Positions 21,104-30,444 of a stretch of 64,000 bases of DNA are shown here, in pieces (within the stretch, counting starts at the first letter, position 1; every line of letters starts with the position of its first letter). The position numbers were made by a program, and so were the translations under genes. Location of the stretch: NCBI GenBank assembly GCA_965283875.1, contig CBDIQC010000001.1, positions 810,085 to 874,084 on the forward strand, in the 5' to 3' direction. The notes below the pieces were generated by a model. The model was not told the origin of the DNA. It did no database searches and was given only the letters and a program-made list of their open reading frames with translations. The stretch is from an uncultured Elusimicrobia bacterium (GTDB lineage: Bacteria; Elusimicrobiota; Elusimicrobia; UBA1565; UBA9628).

Positions 21104-22452
21104 TCACGCCGCCACGTCGAGCGCGCCCACCCGGAAGGTGGGGCAGCCGTAGGACCCGTGGAACTCGAGGTCCGAGGCCACGGCATCGACGCGGGCGAGC
21201 AGATCCATCAGGTTGCCCGAGAGCATGGCGCCTTTGAACGGCTTGCCCGCCGCGCCTCCATCCACGCGCAGGCCGGACACGCCGACCGAGAACTCGCCCG
21301 ACACCGGGTCCACCATGTGCATGCCGAGCACGTCGAGCACCAGCAGCGCGCCCGGGGCGCCCGCGAGCAGGCTCTCGGGCGCGTCTTTGCCGGGCGCGAG
21401 CAGGAGGTTGGACGGCCCGGCGGACGGGCCGTCCTCGTAGGAGCCCCGGAAGGCGCAGGCGTTGGACGCCACGCCCCCGCGCGCGGCCGTGAGCGTGTCG
21501 TAGAACAGCTCGCGCAGGACCCCGGCCTCGAACATGGCCTTGTCGCGGGTGGGCAGGCCCTCGTCGTCGAAGGCGCAGGAGGAGGGCCCGCCGTAGCGGC
21601 GCGGCTCGTCGCGCAAGGTCACGGCGGCCGACGCGGCTTTTTTGCCGAGGCGCCCGGCGAGCAAAGAGCGCCCGGCCTGGACCTCCTCGGCCGACAGCAG
21701 GCCCCCGATGAGCTCCAAAAATTCGGCGCCCACGCGCGGCGAGAACACGACCGGCCGGCGCCCGCCCGGGGCGCGGCCCGCGCCCAGCAGGGCCGCGGCG
21801 CGTCGTCCGGCCTCGCGGCCCACGGCGACCGGATCGAGCTCCGCGGCGCGGCGGCGCGAGGCGTAGGCGTCGCCCACGTGGGTCTCGGCGCCGGCTTCGG
21901 CCGCGGCGGTGACCGAGAGATAGGCCGAGCCTCCGCGCTCGCGCGCGAGCAGCCCCCGGCTGTTGGCCACGACGACCTCGCCGCGGCTCTCGCCGTAGTC
22001 GGCGGCCAGGATGCGCCGCACGCGGCCTTCGGCGCGGCAGGCGGCCTCCGCCTCGGCCAGGCGCGCCTCCACCTCGGCCCACGGGCGCGTGAACAAGGTC
22101 TCGTCCCACAGGCTGGCGTCGAAGGCGCGGTCGTCCATCTGCGAACGGGGCTCGGGCAGCGCGCGGCCGGGCTCGGCCTCGGACAACGCCAGAAGGCCGC
22201 GCGCCCGCTCGAACAACGCGTCGAGCGCGGCCGGCTCCAGCGCGCCCGCCGCCGCGAAGCCCGCGCGCCCGCCGGCGACCACGCGCACGGCCGCGCCCAC
22301 GGTTTCGCCGGCCTCCACGGCGTCGAGCGCGCCGTCGCGCCGCGACAAGGAGCGCTCCTCGGTGCGCGAGAGATACACCTCGGCCTCGGCGCCGTCGGCG
22401 CGGGCGCGGAAGCGGTCCAGGGCCTCGCGGCCGAGGACGGCGAGGTCGGTCA
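21104..22452 (-). CDS. pmbA: TldD/PmbA family metalloprotease-like protein (PmbA/TldE-like)
   Basis: MTDLAVLGREALDRF..AEVYLSRTEERSLSRRDGALDAVE..GMHMVDPVSGEFSVGVSGLRVDGG. No HExxxH motif was seen, so it is closer to PmbA than to TldD. Confidence 0.8.
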
Positions 22453-22671
22453 TCGGCGCATGAGGGCCGTCAGCGCCATGTAGAGGAACAGGAAGCCGAC
22501 GAGCAGGAAAAACGCGCCCCACTTCTTGCGCTCGAGGGCGATGTAGGCGTCGTTGAACACGGTCTCGCGCAGCACCGCGTTGATACGCTCGATGATGTCG
22601 GGGCGGTACAGGTAGCCCAGCCCCACCAAGGTCGCGCCCAGCCCGAGGAACAGCTTCAGCCAGAGCCCCAT
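22450..22671 (-). CDS. Small two-TM membrane protein, unknown function
   Basis: 73-aa ORF with two hydrophobic helices, tightly packed between pth and pmbA. Its 3' end overlaps the pmbA start by 3 nt. Confidence 0.5.
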   Translation of the reverse strand: MGLWLKLFLGLGATLVGLGYLYRPDIIERINAVLRETVFNDAYIALERKKWGAFFLLVGFLFLYMALTALMRR

Positions 22672-22672
22672 A

Positions 22673-23230
22673 TCAGGCGGGATTATAGCGGTTCATCGCT
22701 AAGTCGACGCCGTTCTCGCGCACGACCCCCACGGCCTCGGCCGCGGAAGCGAGAACGGCGTCCAACTCGGCTTCTTGCGCTTTGGTGAAGCGGCCTAACA
22801 CGTAGTCCGCGGAGTCCATCTTCTCCGGCTGAGGTCCGATGCCGATGCGCAGTCGAGGCACTTCTTCGGTGCCCAGGTGCCGGATGATGGACAACATGCC
22901 CTTCTGTCCGCCGGCGGAACCCTTCGAACGCACGCGCAGCTTGCCCAACGGGATGGCGATCTCATCGTAAACGACGAGGACGTCGGGCACCGCGATTTTA
23001 TGGAAATCGGCGAAGGCGCGCACGAACTGGCCGGACTCGTTCATGTACGTCATCGGCTTGGCGAACCAGAGGTCGCCCGCCTTGGCCACCACGCCCAGCC
23101 CGGAAAAGTCCTTCCAAAAAGCGTTCGCCTCGTCGACCATGCGGTCGACGAGGCGAAAACCAACGTTGTGGCGCGTCCGCTCGTACTCCTGCCCCGGGTT
23201 CCCGAGGCCGACGACGAGCTTAAGCGCCAC
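22673..23230 (-). CDS. pth: Peptidyl-tRNA hydrolase
   Basis: LVVGLGNPGQEYERTRHNVGF signature. Confidence 0.95.
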   Translation of the reverse strand: MALKLVVGLGNPGQEYERTRHNVGFRLVDRMVDEANAFWKDFSGLGVVAKAGDLWFAKPMTYMNESGQFVRAFADFHKIAVPDVLVVYDEIAIPLGKLRVRSKGSAGGQKGMLSIIRHLGTEEVPRLRIGIGPQPEKMDSADYVLGRFTKAQEAELDAVLASAAEAVGVVRENGVDLAMNRYNPA

Positions 23231-23242
23231 GGCCGGAAAGGC

Positions 23243-23983
23243 TTACTTTCCTTCCTTCTTGGCCGGCTCCTTCTTCGCGCCGGCCGCGGGGGCGGCCGCA
23301 GGGGCCGTCTCCTTGACCAGCTTGCCGTCCTCGTCCTTCTTGCCCTTGGTGTTCGAGCTCTCGGGCTCCACAGCGGCGGCGGCGCCTTCGGCACCGGGGA
23401 CGGCCGCGACGGGCGCGGCGACCTCGATCTCCTTGGCGACGGCGATGCGGACGATGACGTTGTCGGCGGGCTCCAGCACGTCGATGCCCGCGGCCAGCTT
23501 GAGGTCCTTGACGGTGAGCATCTGGTGCAGCTCGAGCGCGGAGATGTCCACGTCGATGTGCTGCGGGATGGCCGTCGGCAGCGCCTTGATGCGCAGCTCG
23601 CGCAGCTCATGGTTGACCATGCCGCCGCCGATCTTGACGCCGATGGACTCGCCGACGAGGACGAGGGGCACCTTGGCGTCGATCTTCTGGGTCAGCGAGA
23701 TGCGCTGGAAGTCCGCGTGCACGGGCCGGTCGGTGACCGGGTGGCGCTGGAGCTCCTTGACGACGACGGTCTCCGTGCCTTTGGCGTGTTTGAGGTGGAG
23801 GATGGCGTTGGCGCCGCCCTTCTTGCGCGCGGCCATCAGGTCCTTCTCGGACAGCGCGATGTTGACGGGGCCCGACTCGCCCCCGTAGACCACCGCGGGG
23901 ATGGTGGAGGCGGCGCGCATCGTGCTCAGCTCCTTCTTGCTCCCCTTGGCGGCGCGGACTTCGACGTTAAGCGTGATTTCCAT
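23243..23983 (-). CDS. rplY: 50S ribosomal protein L25 / general stress protein Ctc
   Basis: MEITLNVEVRAAKGSKKELSTMRAASTIPAVVYGG. Long Ctc-type form with a charged C-terminal tail. Confidence 0.9.
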   Translation of the reverse strand: MEITLNVEVRAAKGSKKELSTMRAASTIPAVVYGGESGPVNIALSEKDLMAARKKGGANAILHLKHAKGTETVVVKELQRHPVTDRPVHADFQRISLTQKIDAKVPLVLVGESIGVKIGGGMVNHELRELRIKALPTAIPQHIDVDISALELHQMLTVKDLKLAAGIDVLEPADNVIVRIAVAKEIEVAAPVAAVPGAEGAAAAVEPESSNTKGKKDEDGKLVKETAPAAAPAAGAKKEPAKKEGK

Positions 23984-24013
23984 GACTCGGTACTCTCCAG
24001 TTGTTAAGCTAAA

Positions 24014-25048
24014 TCAGACGAACAGCGCGCTGATGGACTTCCCCTGATGGTTGCGGGCGATCGCTTCGCCCATGAGGGGCGCGATCGACAGGACCGTCAG
24101 CTTCCCCCCGGCCAACGAATGGACCGGGATCGAATCGGTGAGGATCATCTCCTCGAGGGACGACTTGGCGATGAGGTCGTGGGCGGCGCCGGACAACACG
24201 CCGTGCACGCACGCGGCATAAACCTTCCTGGCCCCGCGCTCGCGGATCTTGTCGGCGACCTTGCAGAGCGTGCCGCCGGTGTCCACCATGTCGTCGAGGA
24301 TGATGCAGGTCTTCCCCTCGACGTCGCCGATGATGTTATAGACCGACGCCTCGTTGGGGCGCGGGCGGCGCTTGTCGATGATGACGAGCTGGGCGTTGAG
24401 GCGCTTGGCGAAGGCGCGCGCGCGCTCGACGCCGCCGACGTCCGGGCTGACCACGACGAGGTCCTTGAGGTTCTTCTTCTTGACGTAGTCGAGGATGATG
24501 GGCGCGGCGTAGAGGTGGTCCACCGGGATGTCGAAGAAACCCTGGATCTGCGCGGCGTGCAGGTCCATCGTGATGACGCGCTGGGCGCCGGAGGTCACGA
24601 TGAGGTTGGCGACGAGCTTGGAGCTGATGGGCACGCGCGGCGCGGTCTTGCGGTCGGCGCGCGCGTAGCCGAAGTAGGGCACCACCGCGGTGATGCGCGC
24701 GGCCGAGGCGCGGCGCAGCGCGTCCACCATGATGAGCAGCTCCATCAGGTTCTCGTTGGTGGGGCGGCACGTGGGCTGGACGACGTAGCAGTCCTGGCCG
24801 CGGACGTTCTCCTCGATCTGGACGTTGATTTCGCCGTCGGCGAAGCGGCCCACGTGGGACTTGCCCAGCGGGATGCCGAGGTACTTGCAGATGTCCTCGG
24901 TGAGCGGGCGGTTCGCGTTGCCCGAGAAGACCTTCAGCCCGCGCAGGGCCTTGAGGCCCTCCGTGGGGAGCGGCTGCGACGCCGTCTTACCGCCGCCCCT
25001 GGGGCTGGCCATGCGCGTCTCCGGTTTCTCGAGGGTAGTTCGGCTCAT
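24014..25048 (-). CDS. prs: Ribose-phosphate pyrophosphokinase
   Basis: LKVFSGNANRPLTEDICKYLGIPLGKSHVGRFADGEINVQIEENVRG..DLHAAQIQGFF..VSPDVGGVERA. The start could instead be the M at 25012. Confidence 0.93.
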   Translation of the reverse strand: MSRTTLEKPETRMASPRGGGKTASQPLPTEGLKALRGLKVFSGNANRPLTEDICKYLGIPLGKSHVGRFADGEINVQIEENVRGQDCYVVQPTCRPTNENLMELLIMVDALRRASAARITAVVPYFGYARADRKTAPRVPISSKLVANLIVTSGAQRVITMDLHAAQIQGFFDIPVDHLYAAPIILDYVKKKNLKDLVVVSPDVGGVERARAFAKRLNAQLVIIDKRRPRPNEASVYNIIGDVEGKTCIILDDMVDTGGTLCKVADKIRERGARKVYAACVHGVLSGAAHDLIAKSSLEEMILTDSIPVHSLAGGKLTVLSIAPLMGEAIARNHQGKSISALFV

Positions 25049-25049
25049 G

Positions 25050-26441
25050 TCAGGTTTTGTTCACCTGGCGCGCCCGCGCGATGGCGAGCGCCTCTTCAGG
25101 CACGTCCTCGGTCACGGTCGAGCCGGCGGCCACCTTGGCGCCGCGGCCGATCTTCACGGGCGCGATGAGGTTCACGTTGGAGCCGATGAAGGCTTTGGCG
25201 CCGATGGTCGTCTTGTGTTTTTCCTTCCCATCGTAGTTGCAGGTGATGGTGCCCGCGCCGATGTTGACGTCCTCGGCGATGTCGGCGTCGCCGATGTAGG
25301 ACAGATGGTTGACCTTGGAGCCGAAGCCGATCTTCGACGCCTTGACCTCGGTGAAGTTGCCGATGCGCGCGCGCGGGCCGATGCAGGACTCGGGGCGGAT
25401 GTGCGCGAAGGGGCCGACCGAGGTCTTCTCGAGCAGGCGGGCCTGGAGCACGTAGGAGAAGCGCACCTCGCACTCGTTGCCGATGACGGTGTCCTCGATG
25501 TGCGTGAACGGCCCGATGCGGCAGTGGTGGCCGATCTTCGTATGGCCGCGCAGGATGGTGCCGGGATAAATCACGGTGTCGGAGCCGATCTCGACGTCGG
25601 CATCGACGTGCGTCGATTGCGGGTCGCGGATGGTCACGCCGGAGAGCATCAGGCGCTCGAGCATGCGCTTGTTGAGGACGCGCTCGGCGATGGAAAGCTG
25701 CGCGCGGTTGTTGACGCCCTGGATCTCCTCCGCGTTGGTCGAGGCGTAGGCGTGGATGCGGCCGCCTTTGCCGCGGATGACTTCCATCACGTCGGTGAGG
25801 AAGTGCTCCTTCTTCGGGCCCTTGGCGCCGATTTCCTTGAGGCCCTGCTGCAAGGCGTCGAGCTCGAAGACGTAGGCGCCGGAGTTGACCTCGGAGATGC
25901 CGAGCTCCTTGGGCGAGGCGACCGACTCCTCGACGATGCGCTGGACCTCGCCGAGGGCGCCGCGCACGATGCGGCCGTAGCCCTTGGGATTGGGGATCTT
26001 GGCGGTGAGCAAGGTGGCCTGGCCCTTGAGCTGGTCGTGGGTCAGCGCGAGGTTGTAGATGGATTCGTAGGTCAGCAGCGGGGTGTCGCCGCACATGACC
26101 ATGCCCGTCTTGAATTTTTTGAGGAACGGGAGCGATTCGAGCACCGCGTTGCCCGAGCCCATGGCCTTCTTCTGGGTGATGAACTGGATGGGGCGGGTGA
26201 TGCCGATGGACTTGGCCATCTCGAGGGTGCGAGCCTTGACCTCGTCGGCCTCGTGGCCGATGACGACGCCGATGGCGCCGGGCTTGAGCGCGTTGGCGAT
26301 GCGCAGGATGTAGAAGAGCATGGGGCGGCCGCCCACATGATGGAGGACCTTGGGGATGGACGACTCCATGCGCGTCCCCTGGCCGGCGGCCAGGATGAGG
26401 ACGCACAGCTTGTCTTGTCCCTTCTTCCCGTTCGAGCTCAT
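25050..26441 (-). CDS. glmU: Bifunctional UDP-N-acetylglucosamine diphosphorylase / glucosamine-1-phosphate N-acetyltransferase
   Basis: VLILAAGQGTRMESSIPKVLH N-terminus and C-terminal hexapeptide-repeat region. Confidence 0.95.
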   Translation of the reverse strand: MSSNGKKGQDKLCVLILAAGQGTRMESSIPKVLHHVGGRPMLFYILRIANALKPGAIGVVIGHEADEVKARTLEMAKSIGITRPIQFITQKKAMGSGNAVLESLPFLKKFKTGMVMCGDTPLLTYESIYNLALTHDQLKGQATLLTAKIPNPKGYGRIVRGALGEVQRIVEESVASPKELGISEVNSGAYVFELDALQQGLKEIGAKGPKKEHFLTDVMEVIRGKGGRIHAYASTNAEEIQGVNNRAQLSIAERVLNKRMLERLMLSGVTIRDPQSTHVDADVEIGSDTVIYPGTILRGHTKIGHHCRIGPFTHIEDTVIGNECEVRFSYVLQARLLEKTSVGPFAHIRPESCIGPRARIGNFTEVKASKIGFGSKVNHLSYIGDADIAEDVNIGAGTITCNYDGKEKHKTTIGAKAFIGSNVNLIAPVKIGRGAKVAAGSTVTEDVPEEALAIARARQVNKT

Positions 26442-26462
26442 TTCATCTCCCTTCTAAATCCG

Positions 26463-26536
26463 TGGTTCCCAGGCGTGGATTCGAACCACGAATAACGGCT
26501 TCAAAGGCCGCTGTGTTACCATTACACCACCTGGGA
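26463..26536 (-). tRNA. tRNA-Gln (anticodon UUG), CCA encoded
   Basis: Hand-folded cloverleaf. Acceptor TCCCAGG/CCTGGGA, D arm GTGT-AATGGTA-ACAC, anticodon arm GCGGC-CTTTGAA-GCCGT, T arm CGTGG-TTCGAAT-CCACG, then ACCA. Confidence 0.9.
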
Positions 26537-26818
26537 GTCTGCGCCTGCCCCGGCGGGTTTGGCCTTGCGGACCTCCGCCTCGTAGCAGGCGAACACGGCC
26601 TTCTCCAGCTCCGACCGGAACTCGACGGTGATGGGGTGGGCGACGTCTTTATAAGCCCCATCCGGCATCTTTCTCGACGGCATGCACAAGATGAGGCCCT
26701 TATCGCTTACGATCACCTTCATGTTCCGCACGACAAAACAGTGGTCGAACGTGACCGTGGCGAAGGCCTTGAGCTTATCCTCGTTGCGAAGGTGGACGCG
26801 GACTTCCGTGATCTGCAA
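26522..26818 (-). CDS. spoVG: Septation/regulatory protein SpoVG
   Basis: MQITEVRVHLRNEDKLKAFATVTFDHCFVVRNMKVI..GLILCMPSRKMPDG.YKDVAHPI. The last 5 codons run into the tRNA-Gln gene. Confidence 0.9.
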   Translation of the reverse strand: MQITEVRVHLRNEDKLKAFATVTFDHCFVVRNMKVIVSDKGLILCMPSRKMPDGAYKDVAHPITVEFRSELEKAVFACYEAEVRKAKPAGAGADSQVV

Positions 26819-26824
26819 GGGCGT

Positions 26825-27719
26825 TCAACCGAGACAGCTGGTCAGATAAACTTTCCAGGGATAGCCCTTGAGCCGTCCCACGACGCGTTCACCCTCGGCA
26901 TGCGACGAGACGAAACCGAACACCGATGAGCCCGACCCGGACATCCTGACGCCTTTGGCCCCCGCGGCGGCTAAAATGCGGCGGGCCTGGGCGACTTCCT
27001 CCACCAACACCGGCACCTGCGCTTCTTCCAATCGGTTGAACAGCAGCCCCCCATTCCTCGACGGGGCGGCCCCTCTTCAACTGAGTAAGCAGTTTATTAA
27101 GTTGGGCCTTCCGTGTCAATAAGTCGGCCTTGGTGCGGGGCGGCAAGGCGGTATAAACCGGCCCGGTCGGGGACCCGACCCCGGGCCAAGCCAGCACCAT
27201 GTAAGGCAAGGATTTCTCAATCTTTATCGGCTTTAATCGGTCCCCGATGCCCGCTCCCAGGCAAAAATTGGCCGGGTGCAGGAAAAACGGGACGTCAGCA
27301 CCCAATTTCTTCGCGATTTTCCTCAGCTTTTCCATACGCGCCCCGGTAGGCGCCATGTCGTAGAGCTTGAGCAGCCCCAGCAAGGTCCCGGCCGCGTCCG
27401 AAGACCCCCCGCCCAGGCCGGCGCCCATGGGGATGCGTTTGATGAGGCGGATCTTCACGCCTTGGCCGATGCGGAAGGCGCGGAAAAAAGCCGTGGCCGC
27501 CTTCAACACGAGATTGTCAGGGCCGGCGGACAACGTCTCAAACCCCAGCTCATCGGCGATCTCGAGCTCGGGGCGGCCGGACATGTTGGCCTCCATCTCG
27601 AGCACGTCGTAAATATTAATCTTGGCGAACAACGTGGCCAGCGTGTGATAGCCGTCTTTGCGTTTTCCGGTCACTTCCAGGAAAAGATTAATCTTGGCCG
27701 GGCACTGGACCTTGATCAC
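26825..27719 (-). CDS. ispE: 4-diphosphocytidyl-2-C-methyl-D-erythritol kinase, frame broken in a C6 run at 27047-27052
   Basis: VIKVQCPAKINLFLEVTGKRKDGYH..IPMGAGLGGGSSDAA in ORF 26889..27761, continuing as ..EEWG|LLFNRLEEAQVPVLVEEV..GVRMSGSGSSVFGF in ORF 26825..27031. The GTG start overlaps the upstream stop (GTGA). Confidence 0.9.
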
Positions 27720-29845
27720 GGCGCCTCCGCCGCTTCGAACTCGACCTTGGGCTCGGGGCACACGATGGCCAGCTCCCAGAAGCGGCCTTCGACGGCCATC
27801 ACCCGCGGCGCGCGCCGCCCGCCCTGCCGCACGAAGTCCGACAGCGAAACCTCGAGGCCGTTTTCGGCCTGGATGGCCTTAGCCAAAGCGTTTTCGCCCA
27901 GGTCGGCGCGCCAGCCGTCGCGCTCGAGCGAGCGCCGGCCCCAGCCGCGCGTGAACTTCGCCGCGCCCGGGGCGAACGCCGCGCCCGACAACGCGCTCGA
28001 CACCGCCGCGAACACGCCGTGCGCGGCTTCCTCGGTCTGCGCGTCGCTCACGCCTTCGACGGGCAGGCGGTCCATGGCGAAGCCGCCCGCGTCCAGCCGC
28101 GCGCGCCACGCCGTCGAGAAAAGCGGTCCCAGCAGCTCGAAGGACGCCTCGCCCGGCGCGCGCCAGGTGAACAACGCCTTGTGGCTGACGCCGTGCCCCG
28201 CGATGCTGCCCCTGAGCTCGCACAAACCGGTCAGCCGCTTAAGGCCGCCCTGCGCGTAGGCCAGGTGTTTGCGCCACAACTCGCCCACCGACGCCGCGTC
28301 CCAGCCCTTCTGCAGCGCGTCGGCCTTCTCGCCGGCCTTCGTCGCGCCGTTGCTCTGCGCCAGGCGCCACGCGCGCCACGCGCCCGTCTCGTCGCCGGCG
28401 GCCTTGCGCGCCTCGGCGAGGTGGTCGAGCAAGGTGGGGTCGTCGGCCAGGGACTTAACCGCCGTCTCGAGCTGGGCCACGGCCTCCGTCGAGCGACCCT
28501 GCTTGTGCAGCACCCAGCCCAACGAGTCGCGGAAGGCGGCGCTGTAGGGCTCGAGCGCCACCGCGCGGCGGATGAGCGCCTCGGCCTCGACGAGCTTCAG
28601 GCCGCGGTCGGCCAACGCGTAGCCGAGGTAGTTGAGCGCGGTCGCGTCGTCGGGACGTTCGTCGATGAGGCGCAGGAACTCGGGCTCGGCCTCGTTGATG
28701 CGCCCGAGCTTCTCTAAAATCGTCGCCAGCTGCCAGCGCGCGTCGCGGTCCTCGGGTTTGACCACGAGCACCTCACGCAGCAACGCGACGGCTTTTTCGT
28801 GCTCGCCCAGGTCGTCGTGGCCGAGCGCGAGGTAATAACCGATGCGGTCGTCCTTGGGCCAGCGCGCGCGCGCCGCCGTCAGCGCCTTCATGGCTTCTTT
28901 GATGCCGCCCGACTGCAGCAGGTAATGCCCCAGCCGCAGGTGCAAAGTCGCGTCGTCCTTAAGCGCCGAGCTGTCCTTGAGCAGCGCCGCCGCCGCCGCG
29001 AAATCGCCGGCCTTCTCCGCGTCGGAGGCGAGCCACGAGCAGGCCGCGGGGTCGTCCGGGCGTTTTTCCTTCAGGCGCTGGAACGTGTCGCGCGCTGTCT
29101 CGATATCGCCCGCCAGCGCTTCGAGCTCGCCGATGCGCGCCCACAGCTCGTATTCCTCGGGCTCGACGGACAACACCCAGCGGTATTCGACGATGGCCGC
29201 GCGCGTGTCGCGCAAGACTTCATAAACCTGGCCCAATACCAGCCGCGCCGCCGCCGACTCGCTGTCGTCGAGCGCGATGGCCTTGCGCAGCTTCACGGCC
29301 GCGTCTTTGTATTTCTCTTCCTGCGCGTCGAGTTTGCCCAGCTCGAGCCAGGTCTGCGCCGCCTGCTCGGGGTCGTCCTTGAGGAACTTCTCGAGCACCG
29401 CGCGCGCGCGATTAGGATCCTTGGCGGCGACGAGCTCCACGAGCCCGAAAACGGTATCGGCGTTTTTCGGGTCGAGCTTCAGCGCCTCTTCGAGGGATTT
29501 CTCGGCCTCGGGAATGCGCCCCTTGGCCCAGAACACCCGGCCGAGCGCGAGCTGCGACTTGGCGTCTTTGGGCGCGAGCTCGAGCCGCCGTCGCGCCCAC
29601 TTCTCCGCGCGGTCCCAATCCTCGACCTCGAGCGCCAGTTCGGCCGCTTCCCCGGCGAGAAACGCCGACTGCGGGTCGAGCGACAACGCCGTCTCGAACT
29701 CGGCGAGCGCCTCCGCGTACGCCCCGCGCCGTTCTAAAAGGGTCGCGCGCAGATAATGTTTCTGCGCCTCCTGCCCCCCCGCCGCCTCGGTAGGCGCACA
29801 AAGAGCCGGAGCCGCCAGCAGCACAGCAAGTAGCGCGGAGAACAA
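27716..29845 (-). CDS. TPR-repeat protein with signal peptide and a C-terminal LolB/DUF4292-like domain
   Basis: N-terminus MFSALLAVLLAAPALCAP, about 450 aa of TPR-like repeats, then a ~200-aa non-TPR C-terminus. TTG start. Confidence 0.8.
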   Translation of the reverse strand: MFSALLAVLLAAPALCAPTEAAGGQEAQKHYLRATLLERRGAYAEALAEFETALSLDPQSAFLAGEAAELALEVEDWDRAEKWARRRLELAPKDAKSQLALGRVFWAKGRIPEAEKSLEEALKLDPKNADTVFGLVELVAAKDPNRARAVLEKFLKDDPEQAAQTWLELGKLDAQEEKYKDAAVKLRKAIALDDSESAAARLVLGQVYEVLRDTRAAIVEYRWVLSVEPEEYELWARIGELEALAGDIETARDTFQRLKEKRPDDPAACSWLASDAEKAGDFAAAAALLKDSSALKDDATLHLRLGHYLLQSGGIKEAMKALTAARARWPKDDRIGYYLALGHDDLGEHEKAVALLREVLVVKPEDRDARWQLATILEKLGRINEAEPEFLRLIDERPDDATALNYLGYALADRGLKLVEAEALIRRAVALEPYSAAFRDSLGWVLHKQGRSTEAVAQLETAVKSLADDPTLLDHLAEARKAAGDETGAWRAWRLAQSNGATKAGEKADALQKGWDAASVGELWRKHLAYAQGGLKRLTGLCELRGSIAGHGVSHKALFTWRAPGEASFELLGPLFSTAWRARLDAGGFAMDRLPVEGVSDAQTEEAAHGVFAAVSSALSGAAFAPGAAKFTRGWGRRSLERDGWRADLGENALAKAIQAENGLEVSLSDFVRQGGRRAPRVMAVEGRFWELAIVCPEPKVEFEAAEAP

Positions 29846-29862
29846 GACGCCGATTATAGAAA

Positions 29863-29907
29863 GTTAAGCTGGGGGACAGTCCCCCCGCTTAACAGGGGAC
29901 AGTCCCC
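29863..29907 (-). terminator. GC-rich hairpin cluster downstream of rimI (15-bp stem GTTAAGCTGGGGGAC/GTCCCCCCGCTTAAC, then palindrome GGGGACAGTCCCC)
   Basis: The first stem has one mismatch and is followed on the minus strand by TTTCTATAAT. The second copy of the GGGGAC-A-GTCCCC palindrome is at 29895-29907. Confidence 0.4.
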
Positions 29908-29942
29908 TTAAGCTGTGGGACTTTCCTGCGCCGGCGCAACAT

Positions 29943-29987
29943 GATTATCGTTAGTAACTGCGCCAGAGCAAAGATTATCGTTAGTAA
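29943..29987. repeat. Two perfect 15-nt direct repeats GATTATCGTTAGTAA with a 30-bp period
   Basis: Copies at 29943-29957 and 29973-29987, immediately after the rimI stop. They are strikingly AT-rich for this genome. Confidence 0.8.
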
Positions 29988-29988
29988 G

Positions 29989-30444
29989 TCAGGCGTCCGG
30001 CGTCGGCGCGGTCAAATCGTAATCCATCAGCACCGCCGCCGCCCCGTCGGGGTAAAACTTCGGCCGCCATCCGACTTCCTTGGCGCCCGCGGCGATGTAG
30101 AAGTTCCAGGCACGCCGGTTTTTCTCCGACACTTCGAAGTTGAGGACCGTCGCGCCGCGCGCGCGCGCTTCCTCGACGAGAAAACCCCACAAGGCGCGCC
30201 CCAGGCCCAGGCCGTCTTCGGCCACCACGATGTCGAGCAGGCGGCATTCCTTCTCGACGAACCGCGCCACCGCGTAACCCGCCACGCCGTCGTCGTCGGT
30301 GGCGACCGCGAAAAGTGCGTCACCCCGCTCCAGCTCGGCCGCCAGCTTGCGCCGCGTCCAGGCGGTCAACGACCGCACCGCCGCCAGGCCGCCGGCCGCA
30401 TCGACGTCCTCGGCCGTCGCCCGCCTAGCGCCGATTTTTTTCAT
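29989..30444 (-). CDS. rimI: GNAT family N-acetyltransferase, RimI-like
   Basis: GNAT fold pattern (LLDIVVAEDGLGLGRALWGFLVEEARARGA..NRRAWNFY) and position downstream of tsaB-tsaE. Confidence 0.8.
   Translation of the reverse strand: MKKIGARRATAEDVDAAGGLAAVRSLTAWTRRKLAAELERGDALFAVATDDDGVAGYAVARFVEKECRLLDIVVAEDGLGLGRALWGFLVEEARARGATVLNFEVSEKNRRAWNFYIAAGAKEVGWRPKFYPDGAAAVLMDYDLTAPTPDA

Noticed and set aside
26522-26536. 15-nt overlap between the spoVG 3' end and the tRNA-Gln 5' end as a possible regulatory overlap.
   Set aside because: The SpoVG tail beyond ~residue 90 is not conserved. The ORF most likely just runs on until the first stop, which happens to fall inside the tRNA gene.
29943-29987. 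CRISPR-like or Fur-box interpretation of the GATTATCGTTAGTAA direct repeats.
   Set aside because: There are only two copies with a 15-nt spacer, so this is not an array. My hand alignment to the 19-bp Fur consensus GATAATGATAATCATTATC gives only about 12-13 of 19 matches, and the downstream genes are not iron-related.
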